NCBI GenBank assembly: GCA_965222375.1
Contig: CBDCTZ010000015.1
Coordinates: forward strand, 1,312,001 to 1,376,000
Direction: 5' to 3'
DNA: 64,000 nucleotides
From: Polyangiaceae bacterium
GTDB taxonomy: Bacteria > Myxococcota_A > Polyangia > Polyangiales > Polyangiaceae
The position numbers and the translations under genes are program-made. Below the pieces are notes generated by a model. It worked only from the letters and a program-made list of their open reading frames with translations, did no database searches and had not been told where the DNA came from. Positions 21,047 through 31,612 of this stretch are shown one piece after another (positions within the stretch are counted from its first letter, which is position 1; every line of letters starts with the position of its first letter).

Positions 21047-21865
21047 TTACGGCGTGGGGTCGTTGAAGATTCGCACCTCGTCGATGACGCCCTCAGTCTT
21101 CTTCCCGGCTCGGGAGCCGACCTGCAGGAAGCCGTTCTTGTTGCCGGTTGGCGGTCCATCGAAAGCACTGCCCTGGCCCTTGGTGCCGGCAACGGCGTCC
21201 CCGTTGACGCTGAGCTTGATGTCGGGAGTCGGCAGGCCGAAATCCCAACTGATCGCAAAGTGGATCCAGTTGCCTGCCGTGGGAAACCCAGAGGTGGGGA
21301 AGAGCAGCCTGTAGAAATTGTCCGTGGACTTTTCGAATCGGACTTCCAGAGACGTATCGTCGAACTTGATGACTCGGAAGCGAACCGCACTGCCCTCACC
21401 ACCCCGCAAGAGGTAGCGTTCCTCCGCGATGCTCCATTGGAAGTCCGGCTTGAAGCGAAACTCGACTCGGCCTCTTTGGTAGTAGATGGCGGCCGTTTCT
21501 GGAAACTGGGCGTAGCTGGCACCGTCCAATGGCCGCATGCCCTTGTCACAGAAGCCGTCTTGATACGTGGGCGTGCCGACAGGCGTGCCCGGCGAACCAT
21601 GCTCGGGTGCGGTGATGGAGGAATCATCATCCAGAGTGCTGTGCAATAGCAGCGCTGCCATGGGTGGAGCCGCGCAATCGCCTCCTGCGTCAGCCGCCGC
21701 GTCTGACGCACCGCCAGAGCCTCCTGTCGCAGCGCCCGAGCCGCCACCGGCTCCAGCGGTCCCACCGCTATCCGCTCCAGCATCCTTTGGACTCACGGAT
21801 CCAGAGCTGGAGGAAGAACAAGCCGCGGTAATGGCTAGCAAGGAAAGAAGGACGGCCGCTCGCAT
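21047..21865 (-). CDS. Lipoprotein with a LamG/ConA-like domain
   Basis: ITAAC lipobox, Gly linker, WIHFAISWD...LSVNG...GVIDEVRIFN. Confidence 0.8.
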   Translation of the reverse strand: MRAAVLLSLLAITAACSSSSSGSVSPKDAGADSGGTAGAGGGSGAATGGSGGASDAAADAGGDCAAPPMAALLLHSTLDDDSSITAPEHGSPGTPVGTPTYQDGFCDKGMRPLDGASYAQFPETAAIYYQRGRVEFRFKPDFQWSIAEERYLLRGGEGSAVRFRVIKFDDTSLEVRFEKSTDNFYRLLFPTSGFPTAGNWIHFAISWDFGLPTPDIKLSVNGDAVAGTKGQGSAFDGPPTGNKNGFLQVGSRAGKKTEGVIDEVRIFNDPTP

Positions 21866-22118
21866 TCTACGTTAGCTTAGCGCGTTAGCGTTGCGACGAA
21901 AAGGGGCTGTGGCCATGCGGATCTGCGTCAGCTCCTGGGCGACTACTGCCGCAGACGTGAAAGCAAGCCTGACGGTGATGATTCGCCTCGCGAGGCAGGT
22001 TGGCGTGGCCGGCGCGACTCCCAGGTCCGCCGTCGACGTTGACTGCGGCTCGGTCGCGGGAGTTTGTCGGTATTGAGTCTCCGCTCAGGCCGCTCGCGCA
22101 ACCGGTATAGAAGGGCTC

Positions 22119-22973
22119 ATGAAGTTGCATCGTGGGTCCATCGTCGCGGCGGCCGCGTTCGGTTGTTTGGGCTGCGGCGCCGCACCACCTCCAACGCCGG
22201 TGACCGAGGCGGCGCCGACAGAGCAGAAACTTGTCTGGCTCCAGGACTTCCTTGTCCACCCCAGCGCCATGCACGTACCGCGGGACCGCCCGCTACGAAG
22301 TTGCGAAAAGTCGTTGGTCGCGCAAGGCCCGGCCCAGGCATTCGATCTCGACGTGCATCCTTCAGCGGGTCGGGAAGTGGTTGTCGTGGGCTCTCAGGTG
22401 CTGTTCGTGCTCGACTCCGACTGCAACCGCCTGCTGCACCGAGTCGCGACGGGCACGTTGCGGGGGAGCCACATGATTGGACCGACCTTCGATGATGTCC
22501 CGTGGACAAAGCTCTCGAAGACGCAGCAACGGCGGTATTTCGCCACGGACCGCGTGGGTGCGGGGATCGAATTCCAGTTGAGCGTGTTTTCCCTGACACC
22601 ACGAACGAAACCTCCCTCGCGGCTAATCTTGGTCCTGACCATTGGGGCGGCTGGGGAAGGCCGTTTTGGCTACGATGCTCTTTGGATCCGGTGTTCGGCT
22701 CGAGGTTGCGCCACGATGCGCATGGGACACAGGGAGTGGACGACCGCGGGCTCGGTTTCTTGTGCGGGGCAACGGGCGGCCATGGATCAAAACGGCATGC
22801 CGGCGGTCCGGGTCCGCACCGACCACGATACGATCGAAGTGCATCAGTACTACTTCGCTCGTGTGGATGACTGTAGCTTGGAACCGCGGCGGGCCACTTG
22901 GCTACGGGGCATGCGCTGGGAAGGCACAACACCAACACCGTTGCCTCGGCCCCCCGGCGCCACCGAGCCCTGA
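22119..22973 (+). CDS. Hypothetical lipoprotein
   Basis: FGCLGC lipobox, Pro-rich linker. Confidence 0.6.
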   Translation: MKLHRGSIVAAAAFGCLGCGAAPPPTPVTEAAPTEQKLVWLQDFLVHPSAMHVPRDRPLRSCEKSLVAQGPAQAFDLDVHPSAGREVVVVGSQVLFVLDSDCNRLLHRVATGTLRGSHMIGPTFDDVPWTKLSKTQQRRYFATDRVGAGIEFQLSVFSLTPRTKPPSRLILVLTIGAAGEGRFGYDALWIRCSARGCATMRMGHREWTTAGSVSCAGQRAAMDQNGMPAVRVRTDHDTIEVHQYYFARVDDCSLEPRRATWLRGMRWEGTTPTPLPRPPGATEP

Positions 22974-23311
22974 GCCGTTGACCGGAGCGACCATGCCTCG
23001 GAGCATGCCGAGGTGGAACGTGCGCAAGGCGTGCAGTCCCGCGTCGGATCCGCACACTACCGACGGCAAAAAAGCTGGCATGCTGTGCCAGACCAGACGC
23101 GACTCGGCGGAGTGGCGATCGCAAACGCTAGTGCTGACGCACAAGGCACAAAACGGCAAGTACAACGCGGCGCGTGGTTCCGGTATGCCGCAACATACCG
23201 TTCGAGTATTTGCGCTCGGTGAGGAAAGACCACAAAGAACCCCAGCGTAGGCTGAGATGAAACGCGCACCAACACGTTGCGCCCTCGGCCTAGTCACCAG
23301 AAGGAGCGGTC

Positions 23312-24751
23312 ATGAGAAGGTACTTGAACGGCCTGTCGCTACTCACATTCATCGCGGGTGTGGGATGCGGAAGTGATTCAGATTCGTCGACGTCGAGCGC
23401 GGGGGGTGCGGCTGGCGCGGCGGGAAGCGCCGGCGCCGCCGGTGTTGTAGGGTTCGGAGGCAGCGGAGGAAAGTCGGGAACGGGTGCGACAGGAGGTGTC
23501 GGCGGCGCACTGGGTGGCAGTGGCGGCAGCGGGGCCGTTTCAGGAAGCGGCGGCTCGGGCGGAGCTGGAGTTGGCGGGACGGGAGGCGCGTCGGGAGGCG
23601 CGGGGGGCACTGGCGCGATTGCGGGAAGCGGCGGCACCGGGGGTGCGTCGGGCGGAGGTGGTGGGACTGGCGGCAGCGGCACCTTGACAGCAACGGCGAT
23701 CGGGGCTGGCAGTCGCCACAGCTGTGCGCTGCTCACGAACGGTGCGGTGAAGTGCTGGGGGGGCAATATCAACAACCAGCTCGGCAACGGCAACGCTTTC
23801 GTGCTCGAACTCACACCGGATAGTGTCTCGGGCCTCAGCGCCGGCGTCACTGCCATTGCGGTCGGGGCGGAACACGGTTGCGCAACCGCCGCGGGCGGCG
23901 CCGCGAAATGCTGGGGCTACAACAAGGAGGGCCAACTCGGCAACGGCACCACGGTCACTCCGCTCGTGCCCGTCCCTGTCTCCGGACTCAGTTCCGCCGC
24001 TGCCGGTGTTGGAGCTGGGCTCGAACACTCCTGCGCGGTGACCAACGCCGGTGCTGTCAAATGCTGGGGCGCCAACTCCAGGGGCCAGCTCGGCGATTCA
24101 ACCACGACCGATCGACACACCCCCGTCAATGTCGCCGGGCTCGGCTCTGGAGTCACCAGCGTCGCAGCGGGGTGGTCGCACACCTGCGCGCTGACAAAAG
24201 CCGGCGCCGCGAAGTGCTGGGGGTCGAACGACCGTGGCGAACTCGGTAGTGGTACAGGCTTCAGCAAGGTTCCCGTGGATGTCGTCGGGCTCAGCTCAGG
24301 AGTCAGCGACATTGCTCTAGGGGATCGCCACACCTGCGCGGTGACCGTAGGCGGCGTTGTCAAGTGCTGGGGAAGAAACTTCGAGGGGCAGCTCGGTGAC
24401 GGCACCAAGGAGAATCGTGCCACTCCGGTCAAGACAGCGGCGCTCAGTTCAGGAGCCGTGGCCGTTGCAGCTGGCAGCGAGCACGGCTGCGCAGTGACCA
24501 GCGGCGGTGGCGTGAAGTGCTGGGGGAAGAACACCCACGGCCAGCTCGGCGATGGCACCCAAACAGACCGACTGATCCCCGTCAGTGTCTCCGGTCTCAA
24601 GTCAGGAGTCATCGCGATCACCGCCGGGGCCGCGCATACGTGCGCTCTAACGTCCACCGGCTCCGTTATGTGCTGGGGCTCCAATTGGCGCGGGCAGCTC
24701 GGCGACGACAGCCTCAAGGATCGACTCACTCCCGTCGCCGTCAAGCTGTAG
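23312..24751 (+). CDS. RCC1-repeat lipoprotein
   Basis: GVGC lipobox, Gly linker, seven G..H.CA......KCWG.N..GQLG repeats; AGGAG RBS. Confidence 0.92.
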   Translation: MRRYLNGLSLLTFIAGVGCGSDSDSSTSSAGGAAGAAGSAGAAGVVGFGGSGGKSGTGATGGVGGALGGSGGSGAVSGSGGSGGAGVGGTGGASGGAGGTGAIAGSGGTGGASGGGGGTGGSGTLTATAIGAGSRHSCALLTNGAVKCWGGNINNQLGNGNAFVLELTPDSVSGLSAGVTAIAVGAEHGCATAAGGAAKCWGYNKEGQLGNGTTVTPLVPVPVSGLSSAAAGVGAGLEHSCAVTNAGAVKCWGANSRGQLGDSTTTDRHTPVNVAGLGSGVTSVAAGWSHTCALTKAGAAKCWGSNDRGELGSGTGFSKVPVDVVGLSSGVSDIALGDRHTCAVTVGGVVKCWGRNFEGQLGDGTKENRATPVKTAALSSGAVAVAAGSEHGCAVTSGGGVKCWGKNTHGQLGDGTQTDRLIPVSVSGLKSGVIAITAGAAHTCALTSTGSVMCWGSNWRGQLGDDSLKDRLTPVAVKL

Positions 24752-25164
24752 GGTTGATCGACACTGCTGTACCGACATGGCACGACGTCGCAGGCCTGGC
24801 CATTAGGATAGCTCTCGGAATACGTGACCGCTTGCTCATGGCGGAACAGTATCGAGTCAGTGCTACTTTCGATTTCCACGCTCCAGTCCGCGAGAGCGAG
24901 AGCGTGCGCGGCGTGACCCGCGCTTCGCGGTTGTCAACGAGCGGCGTGCCAGGTGGCTGTGGAGCGAAACGCCCCGGGGCCCACATGGTGGCGAAAGCGA
25001 CGCGCCGCTGGCGCTTTCGCCAGGGCAGTCGCGCTCCGGCCGGCGGAGCCGGACTTGGGTTGCGCCGACGTCCCCCAGGCCAGCCCGAACTGGAACGTCT
25101 GGGCCGAATGGCGAACTCGCTTACCGGCACTAGTGAAGTGGCAGCGGCGAAGACCTGCCTGGAG

Positions 25165-26397
25165 TCAGCCGGGAGCCAGGCCGTAGCGCTGCAGGACCGA
25201 CTCGCCCGCCACGGAGCGCTGAATCACCCAGATGTGGCCGCCTACGACGGCAAGGGGCCAGGGCCCACAAAACGGACCGCCGGGGTCGAGTTTCGCGGTT
25301 CGCTTCGCTCCTGTGGCCAGCTCGAACACGCTGGCCGAGCAGCCCGCCTTGCGCTCGATCACCGCAACCCAGCCGTCTCCGAAAGCGAGTCCACCGGGAT
25401 CGTTGACGGGTGCGAGAAGCTGCTTGCTGCCTTCTAGCTGGCTCAAGTCAGATGAGTACTTCGCTATGAAGAGCTCGTGGGAGGACGCCGATCCTGTGGC
25501 CGCCCTCTCCAGCCAAGCCGCCCAGCCGCCGGCCGCGTTGAACTGAACCATTGGTGCCGGCGCTGGCAAGAACTCGCCGCTGCTCGCGAGTTGGTAGGTT
25601 TGACCGGGATTGTCAGAGGCATACACATCGCCACCGACAGCGCGCGTCAGGCGTAGCTTGACCGCAGGACCATAGGTCGAAACGTCCGGCGACCCGTCGA
25701 AGGCGAAACGATGAATCAAGCCATCCGATTGAATGGTGGCCATGATCTGGTCCGTCGCTATTGGGTGAGTCAAGGCGGTCAGATCGGCAACCGTTTCCCG
25801 AAGGACCAGCGGTCCCATCGGCGCCGAATGAGACGTTCGCCCTACCGACAACGGGTCGTTGCCGGAGACAACCGCCAGCACGGAAACTTGTTCGTGCGAG
25901 ATAGCGGGTGTGATCAAGCAGTGCAGGGGGTTAGAATGAAACACGCCCTCTTCTGGAGCGTTTCCGCTATTCCTCACCGCCAAGCTCGGCCTTCCCGACG
26001 CGATCTCGAACACCACGGCTTCCGCGGGCAGCTGGTCCCGGGGATCCTCAAGCCACCCTCGGTGGACAACCAGGAGTCGACTTGCGACCCCTGACGGGTC
26101 GAATGCGACGCTGTAGTCGAACGTGGAAAGGCCGGGGCGACCAACGCCAGCGCTGAACTTCAATTCCTCACAACCAGCCATTCCAGACGCACAAGGAATG
26201 AACTGCAGAGGCTTGTACTCTTCTTCGGGCACTGCAGCAGCGGACGCTGTGCAGCGGTCACCGAGACCCTCGATTCGAGTGAAACCGGGCCACGGCGAAG
26301 GGACTAGCCCCTTTGAAGGGTCCTCGGACGCAGAGCAGGCTGCAAGCCCCACAACCAGTGAAAGTGCGCCCAACGGACGTGTTGTCCACCTTTGCAT
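25165..26397 (-). CDS. Hypothetical lipoprotein
   Basis: LAAC lipobox; 410-aa ORF. Confidence 0.7.
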   Translation of the reverse strand: MQRWTTRPLGALSLVVGLAACSASEDPSKGLVPSPWPGFTRIEGLGDRCTASAAAVPEEEYKPLQFIPCASGMAGCEELKFSAGVGRPGLSTFDYSVAFDPSGVASRLLVVHRGWLEDPRDQLPAEAVVFEIASGRPSLAVRNSGNAPEEGVFHSNPLHCLITPAISHEQVSVLAVVSGNDPLSVGRTSHSAPMGPLVLRETVADLTALTHPIATDQIMATIQSDGLIHRFAFDGSPDVSTYGPAVKLRLTRAVGGDVYASDNPGQTYQLASSGEFLPAPAPMVQFNAAGGWAAWLERAATGSASSHELFIAKYSSDLSQLEGSKQLLAPVNDPGGLAFGDGWVAVIERKAGCSASVFELATGAKRTAKLDPGGPFCGPWPLAVVGGHIWVIQRSVAGESVLQRYGLAPG

Positions 26398-26751
26398 GGG
26401 TGCGAGTGTAGCGGATCCCGCGGGATCTGCCTAAGTGGTACTGGGAGAGTTGAGCAGAGCTTGTACGAGTCGCTCGCCACCAGAGCGTTGCAAGCCCCTT
26501 CCGCATCGATAGCGAGTTCGAGTCGACGCGCCTCGTGGTATTCGGTTGGATGGGGTTGGGTCGCGGAGCTGTGTCGGCGTGGGTTCACTACTCCCGCACC
26601 GCAGCACAGTTGTGCAGTTTTTGCTCAACCTCTTTGCACGCAGTTGACGTAGATCATTCAAGCGACGGCGCAGCGCACACTCTCGTACTTCTCTTGCGTT
26701 GAGCGTACGGATTGCAGACGCATGGTTGAGAAGTTTCGGTATTGTAGCTGG

Positions 26752-27306
26752 ATGCGGGTTCGCACGCCCGACAACTCCGTTGATGCGCGCTGTGCAATGT
26801 CGTGCGCCCTGCTCGTGCTCGGCGTGATCGCGTGCAGCAGTGATCCACCGGGCGGGCCGAGTTCGGGTGGGCCCCCGGACGCGATGCTCGAGTTCGACGC
26901 GAATGCGATTGGTGGCGCGACTAGCACGGGTGGAGTTGGCGCCTTTGGAGGCTTTGGTGCTGTTGGAGGAATGGCGGGCACAGGCGGCAACGGTGCAACC
27001 GGTGGCTTCGGTGGGTCGGCCGGAACTGGCGGCAGCAGCGCGTACTGCGACGGCACACCGACGCCATGTTCGATCTTGACTGATACGCAATGCCCAACGG
27101 CCACCGGGTGCAGCTTGAAGGGCGATTGCAAAGGCGTATCGAGCTCTTGCTACTCCCAATTCTCCCACTTTTCGTGCATCTCCCAACAAGGGTGCATTTG
27201 GAGTTCTTCGAGCAAGAAGTGCAGCGGTAGCGCATGGAGTTGCGGCCTCATGAGCGGTTCTTCGAGCTGCTTCTCGCAGAAGGGTTGCTCCAGCGTGCGC
27301 TGGTAA
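26752..27306 (+). CDS. Cys-rich lipoprotein with short C.G...SC repeats (3' end possibly chimeric)
   Basis: VIAC lipobox, Gly linker, three CxG..xC......C....GC units. Confidence 0.65.
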   Translation: MRVRTPDNSVDARCAMSCALLVLGVIACSSDPPGGPSSGGPPDAMLEFDANAIGGATSTGGVGAFGGFGAVGGMAGTGGNGATGGFGGSAGTGGSSAYCDGTPTPCSILTDTQCPTATGCSLKGDCKGVSSSCYSQFSHFSCISQQGCIWSSSSKKCSGSAWSCGLMSGSSSCFSQKGCSSVRW

Positions 27307-28411
27307 CGAGGTGTGCTCCGGGGGCAAGTGCATGTGCCCGAACCCCATTGTGGGGAGTGCGCTGAGATTGACGACGACCTCCACGCGAACGCACAACGCC
27401 GCGTCGGCTTGGAACGGAACCCATGTCGGCGTCGTGTACGAGGAAGACACGGCGTCGGGTGGTGTCTTTTTCGCGTTGCTAAACGCTGACGGCACGCGCG
27501 CAAAGTCCCCGGACGTGCAGATCGAGAGTCAGCCCACGAAGCCGATCCAGTATCCAGACATCACGTGGAACGGCAGTGAGTTCGGGGTGACCTGGTTGCG
27601 CTCAAACGGCGTCATGTTCCGACGATTGGGTCCGGACGGCACGCCGAAGGCGGCGGCGGTCAATCTCCACATCGCCGGCAATATTTCCCTTCCCCAGAAC
27701 CCGCCACGAATCAGTTGGTCACCGGTCTACGGAGGGTACGCAGTGGCCACTCCTAGTTCGGGCGGTGTCTACTTCCAGCGCATCGGGACCGATGGCACCG
27801 CACCAGATCCAGTGAACATCACACCAACCGGTTCGGCATACAGCCGTCCGGGCATGGCTATTTCGCCGACGGGTGAGTGGGGGATCAGCGTGACCAACAA
27901 CGCCTCGATCAAGCTCGCCTTCTACAACCCTGACGGGTCAAAAACCAAGCCCGTGTCCGTTCTCGACCCGTCTTCAGCATACTACAGCTTGCCAAACGAC
28001 CTGCTACATGACGGTTCAACTTGGGTGACCACTTGGTTCCGGAACGACGGCAACGTGATGGTCAACCGCGGCGCCGCGCCAAACGTGCCTTTGTCGGTCG
28101 TCAACAAGACTCTAAGCGGCCCCCCGCCGCCGCGTACGAGAGTGAGAAGCATCCTCTCTAGTGCGGGCACGTACGAACTCGTGGAACTTCGCCAGTCCCT
28201 GATCCGGCTCTACCGATTCTCGCTGGCTCAAACTGGCCCCACGAGCTTGACGGCCCTAACCGCCGAGACCCTCGTCCTTCCGACGCCAAATGGGGTCAGC
28301 CTGGACGCCGCGACCGCCGGACCAGGCAAGCTCCTCATCCTCTGGTCCGATGACCGCTGGGGCGCGGAAGAACTCTACGCCGCGCCCGTGGATCTTCAGA
28401 GCTGCCCCTGA
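27290..28411 (+). pseudogene. N-terminally truncated secreted beta-rich protein
   Basis: Frame reads PACAGNEVCSGGKCMC... then WNGTHVGVVY / WNGSEFGVTW repeats; it has no signal peptide of its own. Confidence 0.55.
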
Positions 28412-28422
28412 GCGGCGTCCGC

Positions 28423-28489
28423 GGCCCGGGTCGAGAGTAGTGGCCCAACGACGTGCAGGGTCGCGACCCCAATCCCCCCACCCCAAACC
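28423..28489. repeat. Dispersed intergenic repeat, copy C (divergent)
   Basis: agagtagtggcccaacg...cgcgacccc...ccccaaacc. Confidence 0.6.
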
Positions 28490-28555
28490 GTCCAAGAGCG
28501 CAGGGCGCAGACCGCACCAAGCTGGCCCGCGCGCCAACCGCAGCGCGCAGCCGCC

Positions 28556-28864
28556 TCACCCATTTAGCCCAAGTGCAAACTTCAGCGCATCGTCCAGCTG
28601 TTCGACCTTCGCCTTGGATAGTGTGCCGGCGCGTTTCAATAGGTCGGCCTTGGGCACGGTCACGAGCCAGTCGCAATTGACGACGCCGGTTTTCGGCAGG
28701 CCTTCGCTCTTGCCCACCCGAACCTCGACGGCAAAGCCCCGAATCGTCGTGGAAACCGGTACGGCAATCACCATCGCGCGCACCTCGTAGGCTTCCGCTC
28801 GGGACACCAGAACGATGGGGCGCTTCTTGTCCAGCCGAGCCCACCAGATTTCGCCGCGCTTCAT
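28556..28864 (-). CDS. mazF: PemK/MazF family toxin
   Basis: MKRGEIWWA...KKRPIVLVSR...VPVST...EGL...VNCD; ATGA overlap with the antitoxin. Confidence 0.9.
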   Translation of the reverse strand: MKRGEIWWARLDKKRPIVLVSRAEAYEVRAMVIAVPVSTTIRGFAVEVRVGKSEGLPKTGVVNCDWLVTVPKADLLKRAGTLSKAKVEQLDDALKFALGLNG

Positions 28865-29127
28865 GAGTCGTCCCACTCGACCTGATCCATCGAGCGGCGC
28901 GCCAGATCCCGCGCGGCGCATTCGTCTTCGCCGGTCTCCGGAAAGCGTCGGTAGGCCGCAACGTACTCGCTCGCGAGGCGTCGCTCTTCCTCGACCTGCA
29001 GGAGCTCTCGCAAAGCCCTGGCCATCAGGGCGCTGCGAGATTCCCCAGTCGTTTTTCGCAACCGCTCGGCTTCTTTCAGGAGGTCTCGATCCAGGCTGAT
29101 GGCGACCTTATGTGCGTTTCGCGCCAC
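28861..29127 (-). CDS. Ribbon-helix-helix antitoxin
   Basis: KVAISLDRDLL...SRSALMARAL; directly upstream of the toxin. Confidence 0.85.
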   Translation of the reverse strand: MARNAHKVAISLDRDLLKEAERLRKTTGESRSALMARALRELLQVEEERRLASEYVAAYRRFPETGEDECAARDLARRSMDQVEWDDS

Positions 29128-29147
29128 GGTATGAATTTATCATACCG
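29127..29147. promoter_or_regulatory. Palindromic operator overlapping the -10 of the TA operon
   Basis: CGGTATGA-ATTTA-TCATACCG; contains TATGAT on the minus strand. Confidence 0.7.
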
Positions 29148-29315
29148 ACCCACTCCGCGCAATCGACGCCGGTTGCGCGGGCGGGGGTCGATAGAAGCCC
29201 CTGCTCGAAGCCTCGCCTATCCCACCCGTCAGCCACCGTCTCCGTTCCTGCGCGATCCACCTACATAAGCCGGATTGGCTTTGCTTCGGCGCGCCTGGCC
29301 CGTCATTCTTCACGG

Positions 29316-29906
29316 ATGCGCACGACTACTTCTCTTACAGCTGTGATCATCTTGGCGTTTGGGGCTCCCGCTTGCGGTGGGTCGAGTGACACCGGGGGCG
29401 GCGGCTCGGGCGGCGGCAGCGCTGCGGCGGGCGGCAGCGGCGCGTCTTCGGGTTCGTCCGGCGCCGGCGGTGGCAGTGCGGGTTCTGGTGGTAGCTCGGC
29501 TGCCGGTGGCAGCGCGGGTTCCGGCGGGGGCACTGCGGGTGGTGGAAGTGGCGGAACCTCCGGCGGAGCGGGCTCGGGGGGCTTCGGCGGCGTAGCTGGC
29601 GCGGGCTGCACGGAGCTGGTGACGAAGTACGCGGCAGCGCTCAAGGAAGCGAAGAAATGCGATTCCTCCATCGACGTGCCTCAGTGCACGGACAAAACGA
29701 GTGACTCTTTGTTGTGCGGCTGCCCGACTTTCTACAACCCCGCGAACAAGGCGGCGGTCAGCGAGCTGGCCACCTTGAGCAAGCAAGCCACGAGCATGGG
29801 CTGTCAGGTGCCATGCCCCGAGATCGCCTGCTTCGAGCCCCAAGGCGCGACATGCGTGGCGACCGGCGCAGGGACGCCGGGTGAGTGCAAAGACAAGACG
29901 AACTGA
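29316..29906 (+). CDS. Lipoprotein, Gly linker plus Cys-rich domain
   Basis: GAPAC lipobox, long Gly/Ser linker, CGCP motif. Confidence 0.75.
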   Translation: MRTTTSLTAVIILAFGAPACGGSSDTGGGGSGGGSAAAGGSGASSGSSGAGGGSAGSGGSSAAGGSAGSGGGTAGGGSGGTSGGAGSGGFGGVAGAGCTELVTKYAAALKEAKKCDSSIDVPQCTDKTSDSLLCGCPTFYNPANKAAVSELATLSKQATSMGCQVPCPEIACFEPQGATCVATGAGTPGECKDKTN

Positions 29907-30037
29907 GGCCGCACGCCAACCGACTCACGCTCGAGGGTCCGCCTTCCCGAAGGGCCGCGACTCATTTGAGCGGAGGTGATCCGCGTCTGGCGAGCACCAG
30001 GTCGTCTTTTGGCAGCCCGACTGCTACGCTCAGCGTC

Positions 30038-30340
30038 GTGGCGGCGCTGCCCTCGGAAGTCCAATGGTTGTTCTGGGAAACGGATCCGTCCCTCTTGGAC
30101 ACGGAGACGAACCGAAGGGACATTCTGGCGCGCGTCCTCGAACGCGGTCGTCTAGTGGACGTGGCCTGGGCCCGACACTGCTACGGCGAGGCGGGCATTC
30201 GTGAGTTTTTTTTGGCGGGTCATCCTGAAGTGAGCGACAAGACTCGCCATTTCTGGCAACTCGTTCTCGAAGCTGAGGGAGAGGAATGGCCCGAGCTGTC
30301 ACGCTCACGAGCGAGCAGCACCGCGCCCTGGATCGACTAG
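30038..30340 (+). CDS. Small DUF6922-like protein (putative antitoxin)
   Basis: WLFWETD...ILARVLERG...FW; overlaps the AbiEii-like ORF. Confidence 0.7.
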   Translation: MAALPSEVQWLFWETDPSLLDTETNRRDILARVLERGRLVDVAWARHCYGEAGIREFFLAGHPEVSDKTRHFWQLVLEAEGEEWPELSRSRASSTAPWID

Positions 30341-30666
30341 CGCAAGTAGCGGTGTTGGAAGCTTTCTACTTGGCAGGAGGCAGTGCGGTTGCTGTTCATC
30401 TTGGTCACAGAACCTCCGTCGATCTCGATCTGTTCAGTCGAGGCAGCGATGTTTCATTGGACGAAGTCAGGTTGGCCCTGGCTACGCCCATTCCAGACTT
30501 CGAAGTTGTATCGCTGACCGACGCAACGCTACATGGGCGCTTGCACGGAGTCGCTGTCGACATAGTGCGCTACCCCTTTGCGTCTCTCGAACAACCGCAC
30601 ACGGATCTTGGCCAGCTAACCGTTGCATCTCTGCTAGCTTCGCTGCCCACAGGAGACCATGACTGA
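30286..30666 (+). pseudogene. Truncated AbiEii/AbiGii-type nucleotidyltransferase
   Basis: FYLAGGSAVAVHLGHRTSVDLDLF; ends before the expected K...R...KD helices. Confidence 0.75.
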
Positions 30667-31450
30667 ACACGTTTCGCCGGGAACCGCCCACGTGACCCGC
30701 TACGATAGCATCGGCTCGGGCTATGGAGGATTTCGCCGCGAAGACCCCACCTTCGCGAGCCGGGTCCTGGAAGCGCTCGGGCCCGCAAAGAGTGTGGTCA
30801 ACGTGGGCGCTGGAACGGGCTGCTACGAGCCGGTCGACCGCCACGTGATCGCGATCGAGCCGAGTGACGTCATGGCCGCACAGCGGCCGCCGGATCGCCC
30901 GCCCGCTATCCGCGCCTTTGCCGACTCTCTGCCATTGAGGGACGACAGCGTAGATGCAGCCATGGCGTTTCTTACCCTCCACCACTGGGATGGAGCGCAG
31001 CGAGCAGGGGTGCAGGAGATGAGTCGAGTTGCAAGGGGCAACGTCGTCATCGTTACCTACGAGCCGGAGGTGAGCGCTCGCATGTGGCTGATGGCCGACT
31101 ACCTGACGGAGGTCGCCGAGCTGGACAGAGCCATCTTTCCGCCACCAGAAGAGATCGCACGGTGGCTGGGCGGCGCGCGGATCGAACTCTTGCCCATCCC
31201 CGCAGACTCACCGGACTGGATGTTGGGATCTTTTTGGGCACACCCGGAGCGGGTCCTCGACGAAGGCGCCCGAAATGCAACGTCTGGGTTCGCACGCCAG
31301 CCGGACGAAGTCGTTCAGCGCGTCGTGAATGACGTGACCCGAGATCTTGCGAACGGAACCTGGGACGCTCGCCACGGCCACCTGCGATCGCTACGAGAGT
31401 TCGACGCTGGGCTGAGGCTCATCGTTCGAGATCCGACAGCCGTCGCCTAG
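30659..31450 (+). CDS. Class I SAM-dependent methyltransferase
   Basis: VVNVGAGTG, IEPS, LPLRDDSVDAAM...LHHW; AGGAG RBS. Confidence 0.9.
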   Translation: MTEHVSPGTAHVTRYDSIGSGYGGFRREDPTFASRVLEALGPAKSVVNVGAGTGCYEPVDRHVIAIEPSDVMAAQRPPDRPPAIRAFADSLPLRDDSVDAAMAFLTLHHWDGAQRAGVQEMSRVARGNVVIVTYEPEVSARMWLMADYLTEVAELDRAIFPPPEEIARWLGGARIELLPIPADSPDWMLGSFWAHPERVLDEGARNATSGFARQPDEVVQRVVNDVTRDLANGTWDARHGHLRSLREFDAGLRLIVRDPTAVA

Positions 31451-31612
31451 TTTCGAAAGTCGCGCGGGCCCGTCGCTCCCGTTAGCTCAGCTACCCCTGC
31501 TCAAAACCCGAACGGGATCGAGCGGCGCGACCCAACTCTCGGAGATTTGCAGGCCAAAACCGCAATCTGAACCCGAGTGCCGCAGCGCTCGCCCTAGGGC
31601 TAGTTTTGCTAC

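Noticed and set aside
24752..24900. Minus-strand fragment ending ...YPNGQACDVVPC
   Set aside because: It looks like a gene remnant but is too short and has no start, so it is not called.
31475..31495. tRNA-like gctcccgttagctcagct
   Set aside because: No anticodon arm, T-loop or acceptor pairing follows.
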